NCBI RefSeq assembly: GCF_004010195.1
Contig: NC_057719.1
Location: forward strand, 11,357,822-11,421,821
Origin: Chiloscyllium plagiosum
Lineage: Eukaryota
Reading direction: 5' to 3'
Length of the DNA stretch: 64,000 nucleotides
The position numbers and the translations under genes are program-made. The notes under the pieces are model-generated. The model did not search any database and was not told where the DNA came from. It saw only the letters and a list, made by a program, of their open reading frames with translations. Positions 39,275 through 53,069 of the stretch are shown one piece after another. How positions within the stretch are numbered: the first letter of the stretch is position 1; each line of letters starts with the position of its first letter.

Positions 39275-41078
39275 CGCAGTGAAAAATAAGAATGGTGTGT
39301 TGCCTCCCTGGTGCCAGGATCAAGGTTGTCTCAGAAAGGTGCAGAATCTTCTCAAAGGAGAGAGTGACCGGCAGGATGTCATTGTACACATTGGTACCAA
39401 TGACATAGGAAGGGAAAAGGATGAGACTCTGAAGGGAGAAGATCAAAAGTTGGACAAGAATTTAACAAGGAGGTCCTTGTGGGTAGTAATATCTGGATTA
39501 CTCTCAGTGCTACAAGCTAGTGAGGGTAGGAATTGGAGGATAAAGCAGATGCTGAATTGTGTGCCTGAGGAGTTGGCGCATGGGAGAAGCGTTCACAGTT
39601 TTGGATCATTTGAATCTCTTCTGGGGTAGAAGTGACCTGTACAAGAAGGACTGATTGCACCTGAATTGGAAAAGGATGAATATATTGGCAGGACGATTTG
39701 CTAGAGCTGCTCAGGAAGATTTAAACTAGTGAGGACAGGGGGTGGGATCCAGGGAAATACTGAGGAAAGAGGATCAATCTGAGACTTGTACAGTTGAGAA
39801 AAGAAGCGAATCACACAGTCAGGGCAGGCAGGAACAAAGCAGAGAACAAGGTTGGACTGATCAATTAAACTGCATTTATTTCACTGCAAGAGGCCTAACA
39901 GGGAAGGCATGGTTATGAACATAGGACTGGGATATCATAGCAATTACAGAAACGTGGCTCAGGAATGGGCAGGACTGGCAGCTTTTTTTCCAGGATACAA
40001 ATGCTACAGGAAGGATAACGAGCAGGGGGGAGTGGTGTTTTTGGTAAGGGATAGCACTACAGCTGTACTTAGGGAGGATATTCCTGGAAATACATCCAGG
40101 GAAGCTATTTGGGTGGAACTGAGAAATAAGAAAGGGATGATCACCTTATTGGGATTGTATTATAGACCCCCTAATAGCCAGTGAGAAATTGAGAAACAAA
40201 TTTGTAAGGAGATCTCAGCTAGCTGTAAGAATAATAGGGTGGTTATAGTAGGGGATTTTATCTTTCTAAATATAGACTGGGATTGCCATAGTGTTAAAGG
40301 TTTAGATGGAGAGGAATTTGTTAAGTGCGTACAAGAAAATTTTCTGATTCAGTATGTGGATGTACCTAGAGAAGGTGCAAAACTTGACCTACTCTTGGGA
40401 AATAAGTCAGGGCAAGTCACTGAGGTGTCAGTGGGGGAGCACTTTGGGGCTAGCGACCATAATTCTATTTGATTTAAAATAGTGATGGAAAAGGATAGAC
40501 AAGATCTAACAGTTGAAGTTCTAAACTGGATAATTTTGACCGTTTTAGGCAAGAACTTTCAAAACTGATTGGAGGCAGACGTTCGCAGATAAAGGGATGG
40601 CTGGAAAATGGGAAGCCTTCAGAAATGAGCTAAGAGTCCAGAGAAAGTACATTCCTGGTAGGTCGAAAGGCTGGTAGGTGTAGGGAATGCTGATGACTCA
40701 AGAAATTGAGGGTTAGTGTTAAGCATATGTTGGGTATAGACAGGAGAGATCAAGGGAATCCTTCAAAGAGTATAAAGGCAGTCGGAGTTAACTTAAGAGG
40801 GAAATCAGGAGGGCAAAAAGGGGACATGAGATAGCTTTGGCAAATATGGTTAAGGAGAATCCAAAGGGTTTTTACAAATACACTATGGACAAAAGGGTAA
40901 CTAGAGAGGAATAGAGCCCCTCAAAGATCAGCAAGGTGGTCTTTGTGTAGAGCTGCAGGAGATGGAGAAGATACTAAATGATTTATTTGCATCAGTGTTT
41001 ATTGTGGAAAAGGACATGGAAGATATCGAATGTGGGGAAATAAATGGTGACATCTTGAAAAATGTCCATATTACATAG
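39275..41078 (+). mobile_element. Second HER1-like CR1 copy (ORF1 3' part and endonuclease), truncated
   Basis: Closely similar to 35832-37480; encodes VHIGTND and LYYRPP. Confidence 0.88.
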
Positions 41079-42488
41079 TTGAAAAGGGCTCATTAATTCC
41101 TACTCTGTTTCCTCTCTGCCAACCAGTTTTCTATCGACCTCAATACAATTCCCTCAATCCTATGTGCTTGAATCTATAATCCCGCACAATAATTTCTTAC
41201 GTGGGATTTTATCAAATGCTTTCTGGAAGTCCAAATATACCACATCAACTGGCTCCCCCTTGTCAACTCTTCATAGAATTCCAACAGATTTGTCAAGCAT
41301 GATTTCCCCTTCATAAATCCATGCTGACTCTGTCTGATCCTACTACTGCTTTCTAAATGCTCCACTACAAAGTCCTTGATCATGGATTCGAGGTTTTCCC
41401 CACTACCGATGTTAGGCTTACTATACTTCCCTGTTTTCTCTCTACCTCACTTGTCTTGCCTATTTAACTTGCTCTCCTTAACCACTGTACCATATTCAAA
41501 TTCTGTTTGTTCACTACTGCTTTGGATTCCTTCCCACCACATACCCCCACCATCCCCCCACCCCACCATCACCACCACCACCACCCCAAACCTAGTTTAA
41601 AGCCTCCAGAGTAGCACAAGCAAATCGTCCTGCTACCATATTGTTTGCCCTCCAGTTCACCGCCCCCATCCCTCTGACTATGAGAGAGGCACCCCCACCC
41701 CCTTCAGAATGTGCTCAAAGACCTCCCAACCAGGCCTGTGAGCCATCTGTATTTTCTTTTATTCATTTGTAGGATGTGGGCATCACTGGCTGGGCCAGCA
41801 TTGATAACCTGTCCCTGTTTACCCTTAAGAAGGTGGTGGTGAGCTGCCTTCTTGAACTGCTGCAGTCCATCTGCTGTGGGTTGACTCACATTGCCATTAG
41901 GGAGGGAATTTTAGGATTTTGACCCAGCAATAGTGAAGGAACAGCAATATATTTCCAAGTTAGGATGACAAGTGATTTGGAAGGGAACCTGTAGGTGTTG
42001 GTGTTCCCTTGTATCTGCTGCCCTTGTTCTGCTACATGGAAGTGATCGGGAGTTTGGAAAGTGCTCTCTAAGGATCTTTGGCAAATTTCTGCAGTGCATC
42101 TTGTAGATAGGACATACTGCTGCTACTGAGTATTGGTGGAGGGAGTGGATGCTTGTGGATATAGTGCCAATCAATTGGGCTGCTTTTTCCTAGATGGTGT
42201 CCAGCTTCTTAGGTGTTTTTTGGGCTGCACTCATCCAGGCAAGTGGAGAGTATTCCATCACACTCCTGACTTGCGCCTTGTAGATGGTGGACAGGCTTTG
42301 AGGAGTCAGAAAGTAAGTTACTTGCCGTAGTATTCCGAGCCTCTGACCTGCTCTTGTAGCCACTGTATTTATATGGTGAATCCAGTTGAATTTCTGGCCA
42401 ATAACTTCCAGGATGTTGATCGTGGGGGATTCAGTCATGGCAACACCATTGGATGCCAAGGAGCAGTGGTTAGCTTGTCTCTTATTCG

Positions 42489-42781
42489 TTCAAAGTTTGT
42501 GAGAAGATTTGTAGCTCAGGTGCTCATTGCTGTGGTTCTGTTTGCCGAGCTGGAAGTTGTTGTTGCAAACATTTCGTCCCCTGTCTAGGTGACATCCTCA
42601 GTGCTTGGGAGCCTCCTGTGAAGCACTTCTGTGGTGTTTCCTCCGGCATTTATAGTGGCCTGTCTCTGCCGCTTCCGGTTGTCAGTTTCAGCTGTCCGCT
42701 GTAGTGGCCGGTATATTGGGTCCAGGTCTATGTGTTTGTTGATGGAGTTTGTGGATGAGTGCCATGCTTCTAGGAATTCCC
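42489..42781 (-). mobile_element. PLE 3' fragment, same family as 22995-23421, inserted in a LINE
   Basis: High similarity to 22997-23420. 13-bp TSD tgtctcttattcg at 42476-42488 and 42782-42794. Confidence 0.88.
42565..42604 (-). ncRNA. Minimal hammerhead motif, helix III CpG-decayed
   Basis: Minus strand reads gca CTGAGGA t gtcacct agac aggggac GAAA tgt t tgc. Confidence 0.7.
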
Positions 42782-45700
42782 TGTCTCTTATTCGCTTTGG
42801 TCATAGCTTGGCATTTGTATGGTGCGAGTGTTGCTTGGCACTTGTCAGTCCAGGCCTGGATATTTTCCAGATCTTGTTGCATTTGAACATAGAGTGCTGT
42901 AGTGTCTGAAGAGTCGTGAATGGTGCTTAACATTGTGCAATCATTAGCAAACATCCCCACTTCTGACCTTATGATGGAGGGAAGGTCTTTGATGAAGCAG
43001 CTGAAGATGGTTGGGCCTAAGACACAACACTGAAGAATTCCTGCAGAGATAACCTGGAGCTGAGATAACTGGCGTCCAACATCCATGACCATCTTCCTAT
43101 GTGTCAGGTATGATTCCAATCCTCAGAGAGTTTGCTCCCTTATACTCATTGATTCCAGTTTTTGTAGAGCTCCTTGATGCCACACTCTATCAAATGCAGC
43201 CTTGATGTCGAAGGCTGTCACTCTCATCTCACCTCTCAAAATCAGCTCTTTTGCCCATCTTTGGACCAAGTCTGAAAGGAGGTCAGGAGCTGAGTGGCCC
43301 TGGCAGAACTCAAACTGGACATCACTGAGCAGGTTATTGTTGTGCAAGCGCTGATGATAGCACTGTTGATGACACCTACCATCACTTTACTGATGATCGA
43401 GAGCAGACTGATGTGGCAATGATTGGCTGGTTTGGATTTGTCTTGCTTTTTATGTACACGACATACTTGGGCAATGTTCCACATTGTCAGGTAGATACTA
43501 GTGTTGTAACTGTACTGAAATAACTTGGCTAGGGAGCAGCAAGCCTTCAGTGTTACTGCCAGAATGTTGTCAGAGCCTGTAGCCGTTTCAGTATCCAGTG
43601 CCTCCAACCGTTTTTTTGGTATCTGTAATTCTGGGGACCACCGGAGGAGGCCAAGATGGATCATCCATTTGGCACAAGCTTCAGCCTTACCTTTTGCACT
43701 GATATGCTGGGCTTTTCCATCATTGAGGATAGGGATATTTGCGGAGCATCCTCCTTGAGTGAGTTGTTTAGTTCTCCACCGCCATTCATGACTAGATGTG
43801 GCTTAGATCTGATCCATTGGTTGTGGGATCACTTAGCTCTGTCTACCACTTGCTGCTTGTGCTGTTGGTCATGCAAGTAGCTGTTTGGTGGCTTCACCAG
43901 GTTAACACCTCATCTTCCGGTATGCCTGGTACTGTTCCTGGCATATCTTCCATTGGTCCCCTGGCTTGATGATAATGGTCGCATGGGGAATATGCCAGGC
44001 CATGAGGTTTGCCTCTCTGTCTCACCTTGCCAGTCCACAAAAACAAGAAGTCTACCAAAAATGCCCAGATTGTGCTGAAGTACAATTCTGCTGCTGCTGA
44101 TGGCCCACAGCGCCTCATGGATGCCCAGTCAAATGGCTAGGTCTGTTTAAAGTCTTTCCTATTCAGCACGATGATAGTGCCACAGAACACGATGGATATT
44201 ATTCTCAATGTGAAGGCGGGACTTTGTCTCCATAAAGACTGTGCAGTGGTCACTCTTACCGATACTGTCATGGACAGATGAATCTGGAGCTGGCAGATTG
44301 GTAAGGATGGGGTCAAATATGTTTTTCCCTCTTGGTTCAACTCAAGTGAGTAACCAGGGCAGGGGGGAATGGAATTGGCTAGAAGGGAGTAGAATTTTTA
44401 ACACACGGTTTCAAGTAATGTCTTTGGTTTCCCCAAAGTTGAATTAAATAAACTTCAGGATCTGCCCAAGTCTGGGCACCAATGAAGGGAGTCACCAGTA
44501 CAGATTCAGTCAAAATATCTGCAGCAGAGACAGTCAGCAGCTGACTTTTCAGAGAAATAAATAAATCCTGTCATGCCAAGATCGTGTATTCTTAAAATGA
44601 GAGTTTAGCATCTAAGGGATGGTATCAATTAGTATGGCTTCACGGGAAGGGTAATGGAAAGCTGGAACTTTCACCTTCAAAACATTGTTCTCGTCAGGGA
44701 GATCAACTGAAAACTTTTTAAAAACTGGGATCTAAAGATTTTAGGCAAAAGAAACAGCACTTTCCAAACCAATGACCATGTCCATCTAGAAGGACAAGGA
44801 CATGGAGTCACCACAACCTTCAAGTTCCCCTCCAAGCCACTCACTATCCTGACTTGGAAATTATCACCATTCCTTCATTGTCGCTGGGTCAATATCCTGG
44901 AACTCCCTCCCTTATGGGTCAACCCACAGCAGGTGGACTACAGCAGTTCAAGAAGGCAGCTCATTCCCCCTTCTCAAGGACAACTAGGCACAGGCAATAA
45001 ATGCTGGCCTGCCAGTGATGTCAACATCCCACAAATGAATAAATTTTAAACAAAACAGTTTGGTCACAACCTAGTTAAATGTAAGGGTAGGTTTGAAGAC
45101 CTCCTCCTGTTCCTAAATAGATTGTGGTGATTCTGAAAGGAGGAAGAGAATGGAGGAGCAACGATTTACTGGAATTATGTTATAGTAGGTAATTGTGGAG
45201 CATTTCAGTGTCGCCCCCTCACAGCTGGACAAGACAGAGTGTTGAAGAAGGATATCACAATCAACTACACTAAACTCCATTGAGAGGAGAAAGTACCATA
45301 GTCAGAAAGGACAGCTAACACTTTGGGGGCTGAGTATTAATATGTCATCGTTGATCATCACAATGGAGAGAGAGACAGAGAGACAGAGAAAAATATGGGG
45401 GAATCAGTGGATGTGGCATACACAGATTTTGCAGAAGGCGCTTGAGATTCCATCAAAGACATACAACTGGTAAGCGTTACTGGTTTCAGTCTGCATAAAA
45501 TACTTTCAAATTCCATACTGACAGCTATCCCTTGAAATTAATTTCACACCTTTTGCATGGCAAAATTGGCTCACACTGTCAACAATCCATATTTGTGGCA
45601 TAGTTACCTTCCATGGCTCCAACAATGATATAAAGCATACCCTCAGTTCCATTTCTGTAATCTTGTACACTATGTAACAGATAAATAATCTGACAAGTCA

Positions 45701-48700
45701 TTTTGTTTGGCAAAAGTGCATGACTGAACATTAGCAATAATTTCAGGCTCTTCAGTTTCTCCTGCAACCACACAAACCCAGTAATAAAAAACATACACAG
45801 ACAGACGAAGGACAACTTCTAACTGAGAAAACTGACTTTCCGTATTTTAATTCCTAACTCAATTTAAGCCTGGCTTCTCAGACCCTTTGTTCGTTTCACT
45901 GCCTCTCTGTCTCACCTTGCCCTGTCCACAAAAACAAGAAGTCTGCTAAGAATGCCCAATAGAACATTCAGGACCAGAGACTTACAGACATAATGGGCTT
46001 GGTCTTTATCGATTAGCAAGACAAGCTAATGGATTACTTGTCTGCAGACTTTCCAGAAAACAAGCTCAGTACTGGTGTGAGATGCTTTGTTTTAAACGCC
46101 CAGTATTAAGAAAGATTATTTTTCCAAATTCTGTGGGAAAAGGCTCTTAAAAAGAATGACAAAAGCTAAAAGAGGGAGAGTGCATAAAGTTCAATATACC
46201 CTCATCGCCATTTGACAGGAAAACATGAAACATACTCTTGGAATAAGGAGGGAAGTAATACTGTGGTAGTTCTCTCTCGTCAGACTGCATTTCCCTGAGG
46301 ATCCAGGACAGTCCTGCAAAATTTCACAAATCTATGCCCATGTTTTAACATTTTCTTCGATTCTCTTGAATCAATCAGGTTTTAAAAACAGTGGAAACCA
46401 AACTCTCAATAGTGTTCTCAACAAATATGATGTTATTTATTTTATCCTCCTCAACCCCTCATAACTGAAGCCTTTCACAATATGTCATCCCTAACACCAC
46501 CTCATCTGTTTTCCAATTCAGATGTTTCCATCCTTTACCTATACAATAGTAGCCAAAAGAAGTCTAGCAATGGTTTATCTTCCTACCCCTCTGCTATTAC
46601 CTCTGGAGTTCCCACATATCCATCCTTGCAACCTCATTCCCATCATCTTCTTCAGGTGCCCTCTTGGTAAAATCATCCACAACCATGGGGTCAGCATGTA
46701 TACGGCTGCCACACAAGCGGTACTTCTCCACTTTCTCTCACAATTCTTCTGCAATCTCACAACTTGGAAATACTTCTGCAGCCATGGATGTGGACTTTGA
46801 TCCAGCTGCAAGTACAAGAAACAGCAAGTTGCTTCTCTAAGTGGTGTGCACCTTGAAAGATACATGCTGCCCTGGTCCTTCTCAGTAGTAGAGGTCACAA
46901 GCTTGGAAGATGCATTCTAAGAACCCTTGGGGAGTTCTTGCAATGCATCTTGCAGATGATTTTACACTTTGCTGCCACAAAGCATCAGCAGCAGCGGATG
47001 AGGTGTCAATCAAGCAAGCAAATGGTGGACAAGCTTTCAGGAGTCAGGAATTGAGTTTTTCACCACATAATTCCTAGCCTCTGACTTGCTCTTGAAGCCA
47101 TAGCATTTATATGGTTGATTAAATTGTTTCTGGTCAATGATAAGCTCAGTATGTTGATAATGAGCAATTCAGTGATGGCAACGCCTTTGACATTCAAGGA
47201 ATGATCGTCAGAATGTCTCTTGTCGGAAGTGAGCATTGTCTGGTATTTCTGTAGCGTGAACATTACTTGCCAATTCTCAGTTCAAACCTGGACATTGCCA
47301 GTGTCTTGCTGCTTTCAGATATGGGCTGCATCAGTATTGAAGACTGAGAGAAGATCTGATAGAGGCTTTCAAAATCATGACCAGACTGGATAGAGTTGAT
47401 AGAGAGAAGCTGTCCCCACTCTTAAAAGAAGAAAAAGCATGATATGACAAAGATCTAAAATAATGTGCAAACAAAGCAACAGCAAAGTGAAAAATACTTT
47501 TTTCACACCAAGTTGTTAGGGTATGGAATGTACTATCTGGACAAAATGGAGGCAGGTTCAACTAAGGCATTTAAGAGGGCACTGGATGAGTATTTGGATA
47601 GAAATAATGTTCAGGGAAATGGGGGAAATGGCAAGAGAACGGCACTGGGTAAGAGAACCACTTTTTGTTTTAATTCATTCAAGGGACATAGAAATCACTA
47701 GCCAGCCAGTATTTATTTCCCATCCCTAAGAGTCCCAAAGAGTCAACCACACTGCCGTGGATCTGGAGTCTCATGTTGGTCAAACCAGGAAAGGGTGGCA
47801 GATTTCCTTCCCTAAAAGGACACTAGTGTACCAGTTATTTCCGACAACTGACAATGGTTTTATGGTCATCCCAGATTTTTTTTTATTGAATTCAAATTTC
47901 ACCACCTGCAGAATTTCAACCAGGGTCCCCAGAACATTACCTACATCGCTGGATTTATGGTCTAGTGATAATATCACTAGGCCATTGCCTCTCCATCTTC
48001 TCTGATGAAGAGTCCCTGGACTCAAAATGTTAGCTCTGCTTTCTTCCCACAGGCGCTGCCAGAAGTGCTGAGTTTCTCTAACAATTTGTTCTTGGCTCAG
48101 GTTAAAGACTTCATCCCAGGGCTGTCATATCCAGCAATACAATACGGCAGTGGAGTATTATCACACACAAAGCATAAGAGGAGGTTGACATTTGAATAGA
48201 AGCAATAGCCAGAGGAATACGTATTACTGAGCCAAACTGGCACAAGAGTCTTTCCCTTTGAAATCTGGTTTGCCTTGGTCGATAAAAGACAGCTTTAGGA
48301 ATTTATAAATATCTGTAAAAACCACCTGCTGAAGTAGTAAATCAAGGTTAGTTTATTGCCAATTTTCACCCATTCCCTCTCTTAACTCTAAGGAGGGAAA
48401 ATGTTTTCATGGATGGTACTCAGATCCTAGTGTGTTCTTCAGAAGTGCTTTGCAGACACTTCACACTCTTAAGTATTGTTTTGCAAATGAAGGTGCCAGT
48501 CCTGAAATTTAGAAGGGGCCAGCAACACCCTCCCACCGCCAATCCCGTGCTCTGATTGTAAACTTTACATGAAAGCGTGCAGTCAAATTCATATCTAGTG
48601 GAGGACATCACAGCCTCCTGGTTCAATCCTGCTCCTACCCGGTACCCACCAGATAATCAGGAAGATGACCTCAGTGGAAATTGGGAATGGTGGTGGCCAG

Positions 48701-48853
48701 CTCCCTTGACAGTGAAGGGCAAGAGCATATACAGACTCCTTGGACAGTGGGCCAACTATGGTCAACCAGCCAGTACTTACAAATCTCAGAATACAGTGTC
48801 AAGGACTAGATTTGACAACAGTTACTCACTAATCCAAACTGTGCTGATAACTA

Positions 48854-49263
48854 GCTGAAAATGTATTGCTGGAAAAGCGCAGCAGGTCAGGCAGCATCCA
48901 GGGAACAGGAGAATCGACGTTTCGGGCATAAGCCCTTCTTCAGGAATGAGGAAAGTTTGTCCAGCAGGCTAAGATAAAAGGTAGGGAGGAGGGACCTGGG
49001 GGAGAGGCGTCGGAAGGATGCCTTCCTTGAAGAAGCTCTCTTCCTCCCTCTACAAAGATTTCGCTTTTCCAGCAACACATTTTCAGCTCTGATCTCCAGC
49101 ATCTGCAGACCTCACTTTCTCCTCAAAGATTTCAATCTACTGCGAATCCTCTTACAAGGATGCCCTCCTTGAAGAAGCTCTCTTCCTCCCTCTACAAAGA
49201 TTTCGCTTTTCCAGCAACACATTTTCAGCTCTGATCTCCAGCATCGGCAGACCTCACTTTCTC
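48854..49263. mobile_element. Rearranged PLE pLTR insertion with inverted and tandemly duplicated segments
   Basis: A ~108-bp unit is duplicated at ~49014-49124 and ~49156-49265. 15-bp TSD ctgtgctgataacta at 48839-48853 and 49264-49278. Confidence 0.85.
48912..48947 (-). ncRNA. Minimal type-I hammerhead ribozyme motif (PLE), core intact
   Basis: Minus strand reads attc CTGAAGA a gggc ttat gccc GAAA cgt c gatt. One U-U mismatch in helix I. Confidence 0.8.
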
Positions 49264-50348
49264 CTGTGCTGATAACTACACCAGAAACCAATTTAAGATT
49301 GTCATTTAATCATAGAGAATTTTATTTAGTGCATCAGAAGCAACAAATACTCACACACAGGACTCCATGATAAAAACAGTTGAACATTATTTGGTGACAA
49401 ATTTTTATGAGCTCATCAAGTTGGCTCCACCATTCAACGAGATCATGAATAACCTAACAGTCATCAATTCTACTTTTCTGCTTTTCCCCAAAACCTTTAA
49501 TTCCCCAAGTGGATTAAAAATCTGTCTGTCCCAGCCTTGAATATATTTAATAGCCAGCCTCAATAGCCCTCTAGTTTTGGACTTTGCTCTTTGACTCTAT
49601 AACAGCCCTCTGCGGTAAAGAATTTCATAGATTCACTGCCGGTGAGAAAAGAAATCCCTTCTCATCTTGTCTTAAATGGGTGACTCTTTGCTCTGAGGTT
49701 GTGCCCTTTGGTCCCAGATTCTCCCGTGAGCAAATAGGAGTACAAGGACTAATCGGGCACTGCTAATATTGATTTAGGAAAGGCAAATCATGTTTGGCAG
49801 CTATGCTCTATTAGCAATTGACCGATGGACTATTTATTTTCTCTGAGCTATCTTAATGGAATTTCAGAAAATGTTTGATAAGATGCCTCATATAAAGCTT
49901 GTTAGTAAGGTTCAGGAGCATGGTTCTAAAAGAAAATAAATAAAGCAATGGAACAATAGGTTAGGTTAACCAAATATCGCTCTGTTGCAGCAAAGTTTCA
50001 AGTAATGTATCTGAGGCGCCAGGAGGAGGTCAAATTTTGTCCAGTCCAGTATTTACATGAATAAATCTGCAGTTATTACATCAATGAAGAAGCTTCCTGT
50101 ATATAATTACCTGCTTCATTTCCTATATTATAATATGGAAACTTTGAAAAATTGACAATAAAGCATTTCAGAAGAAGAAACTTTCACTTTTTAAAATTCA
50201 TTCACGATGAAGATGTTACTGGTGAGATTAGCCTTTGTTGTCTATGTCTAATTACTCAGAAGGTAGTTAAGAGTCAACCACATTGTTGTGGTTCTGAAGA
50301 CACAAGTAGGCTAGACCAGGAAAATAGCAGTTTCTTCTCCTAAAGGAT

Positions 50349-50598
50349 CGTAGTGATTGGAATGGGACCAGATGGATTTCATTGACTATGAGATCCCTGA
50401 TTAGGGCTGTTAACCTTGGTCAATCAGGGAGCACTAGCTGACAGACATAAATAGGAGAAAAAGTTTTCTTTAAAAAAAGAGAGAAAAAAGAAAAATGAAA
50501 ATAAATAGGAGATTCTGAGAGTCTCCTCACTCTAGGGCCTGGCTCTGGGCTAGCTGGTCAGAGTTCATTTACTGTGCATCCTCTGTGCAGTTATTTCA
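50349..50598 (+). mobile_element. Second, diverged solo LTR copy
   Basis: Shares tccctgattagggctgtta...caatcagg and the gttatttca end with 22901-23574. Confidence 0.7.
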
Positions 50599-51199
50599 TG
50601 AACATTTGTGAACCACTAGTGTTTTTCTGACAATCCACAATGGTTATATGGTCATCATTAGACTCATAATTCCACATTTTTTATATTGACTTCAAATTCT
50701 ATCATCTACCATGGCAGAAGCAGCATCTCCAGTTCATTACCTGGTTCTCTGGCTTAATAGTATAACAATAAGACATCTTGTTTTTTTATTTTCAAGTCAG
50801 GATGGTGAGTGGCTTGGAGGAGAATTTACAGTTAGTGGTGTTTCCATGCATCTACTGTCCTTATCCTTCTAGATGGAAATGATCGTGGTCTTAGAAGGTA
50901 CTGTCTAAAGATTTTTGTGGAGTTTCTGCAGAGAATGTTGTAGGTAGTATACACTGCTGCTTCCAGTGAGCATAAGTGGTGGAACAAGTGGATGCTTGTG
51001 GATGTAGTGCCAATCAAGCAGGCAGCTTTGTGCTGGCTGGTGTCAAGCTTCTTAGTGCTGTACACACCCCAGCAATTAGGGAGTATTCCATCACTCTCCT
51101 AACATGGGCCTTGTACATGGCAGATGTGCTCTGGGGAGTAAGGAAGTGAGTTACTTGCCACAGCATAGAAACAGGATGTCCAATTCAATGCAAATGCAC

Positions 51200-52675
51200 T
51201 TGTGGTAATTTTCAAAATTCGCTTGACTCTAGGGCAGTTCAAGCAGATTGGAAAACAACAAATGTGATACCACTATTTGAAAAAGGTAGACAAAAGATGG
51301 GGATTATAGACCAGTCATCTTAACTCTGTAATGGGGAAAATGCTCAAATGTATTATTAAGGAAGAAATAGCAAGCCATCTAGATAGGAATTATTTCATTG
51401 GGCAGCATGAGTTCATGATAGATAGGTCATGCTTAACTAATTTACTAGAATTCTATGAAGACATTATTAGCACAGTGTACAACGGGGACCCAGTAGATGT
51501 GGTGTATCTCGATTTCCAAAAGGCATTCGCCAAGGTATTGCACAATAGGCTGCTGCATAACATAAAGATGCATGGATTTACAGGTAACGTATTTGCATGG
51601 ATAAATGACGGCTTAACTAACAGTAAGCAAGAAGTGGGGATAAATGAGTGTATTTCTGGTTGGTGATCAGTGACTAGTGGTGTGTCTCGGGAATCAGTGT
51701 TGACTGCAATTATTCAGCTTACATAGATGATTTGGAGTTGGGGACGACATGTAGTGAGTCAAAGTTTGTGGATGATATTAAGAAGAATGGTAGGGCAAAG
51801 GGTGCAGAGGACTGTGAAACTTTGCAAAGGGACATAGATAGTATAAATGAGTGGGCAAAGATCTGACAGATGGAGAACAATGTTAATAAATGTAAAGTCA
51901 TCCATTTTGGTAGGAACAACAGGAAATTGGACTATTATTTGAATGGTAAAAAATGCAGCACTCTGCTGCAGAGAGGGACCTAGGTGTCCTTGTTCATGAG
52001 ACACAGAAGGTTGGTCTACAGGTGCAACAGGTAATTAAGGCAGCAAATGGAATTTTGTCCTTTATTGCTAAAGGGATTGAGTTTAAAAGCAGGGAGGTTA
52101 TGTTGCAGCTGTAGGATGCTGGTGAGGCCAAACCTGGAGTAGTGTGCAATTTTGGTTTCCTTCCTTGAGAAAGAATATACTGGCACTAGGAGGTTCACTA
52201 GGTTGATTCCTGAGTTGAGGGGATTGGCTTGTGAGGGGAAATGGAGTAGACTGGGATTATATTCATTGGAATTTAGAAGAATGAGGGGAATCTCATAGAA
52301 ACATAAAACTATGAAGGGAGTAGAAAAGATAGAAGTGGAGAGGATGTTTCTACTGGCAGGTGAAACTAGGACAAGGGGGCAGTGCCTCAAAATTATGGGG
52401 AGCAGATTTAGGACTGTATTGAAAAGGAACTTCTTCACCAAGAGGGTTGTGATTCTATGGAATTCCACGCCCAGTGGAGGAGTTGTGGCTTCCTCACTGA
52501 GCGTTTTTAAAGCTAAGATAGATCATTTTTTGAACAGTATAGGAATTAAGGGTTATGGTGAGGGGGCGGGTAAGTGGAGTTGAGGCCACAAAAAGATCAG
52601 CCATGATCTTACTGAATGGCAGAGTGGGCTCAAAGAGCCAGAAGGCCTATTCCTGCTCCTATTTCTTATGTCCTT
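51200..52675 (+). mobile_element. CR1 RT and 3' UTR, decayed
   Basis: RSCLTNLLEFYE and VDVVYLDFQKAF. Confidence 0.88.
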
Positions 52676-53069
52676 ACATATTCCTAGCAGGTTTTCAGGG
52701 TAGTAATAAGGCCAGCATCATGGGCAAGGAATCATGGAAAGAGTTCAGTACAGACCGTAGAATTAAGTAGTAAGTACACTTACAACTTTTGCAGATGCTA
52801 GTTAGACATTATCAATACAACCAATGCGCGTACTACAGTTATGCAATTTTGCATGCATATTTGGACACATCCTATTATCAAACTTCATTTCATTACCTGA
52901 ATGGTTTTATTAAAAATTTCACATTGCAGAACTAACCTTTCATTCCCTCATACAACTGAAAGTAATTGTTCTGTTTCCACATACCCTGCTCGCAGTGCTA
53001 GTTAATCAAACATATATATCATTGAATCCCTACAGTGTGGAAACAGGCCATCTGGCCCAACAAGTCCAT

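Larger units (their letters stand above)
41750..44340 (-). mobile_element. L2/CR1-group LINE, decayed ORF2 and 3' UTR
   Basis: FDIKAAFDRVWHQG, VLGPTIFSCFIKDL and VRSVMEYSPLAW. The tail gttcaagaaggcagctcaccaccacc recurs at ~4750-5100, 44780-45040, 46815-47330, 50780-51160 and 57950-60180. Confidence 0.82.

Noticed and set aside
45916..46175. Possible extra ADCK1 5' UTR exon (minus-strand AAG|GTGAGA donor; pyrimidine-rich acceptors near 46131 and 46176)
   Set aside because: Splice-like motifs alone are expected by chance in a 48-kb intron, and there is no homology support.
17472..48947. Strand bias against intact ribozymes in the host sense orientation
   Set aside because: Intact cores occur on both strands of ADCK1 intron 1 (sense 17472, 19415, 48912; antisense 22062, 23347, 26183), so no bias is evident in this small sample.
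49014..49265. CRISPR-like repeat array
   Set aside because: Only two ~108-bp units of PLE sequence in a vertebrate intron, with no spacer series or cas genes.
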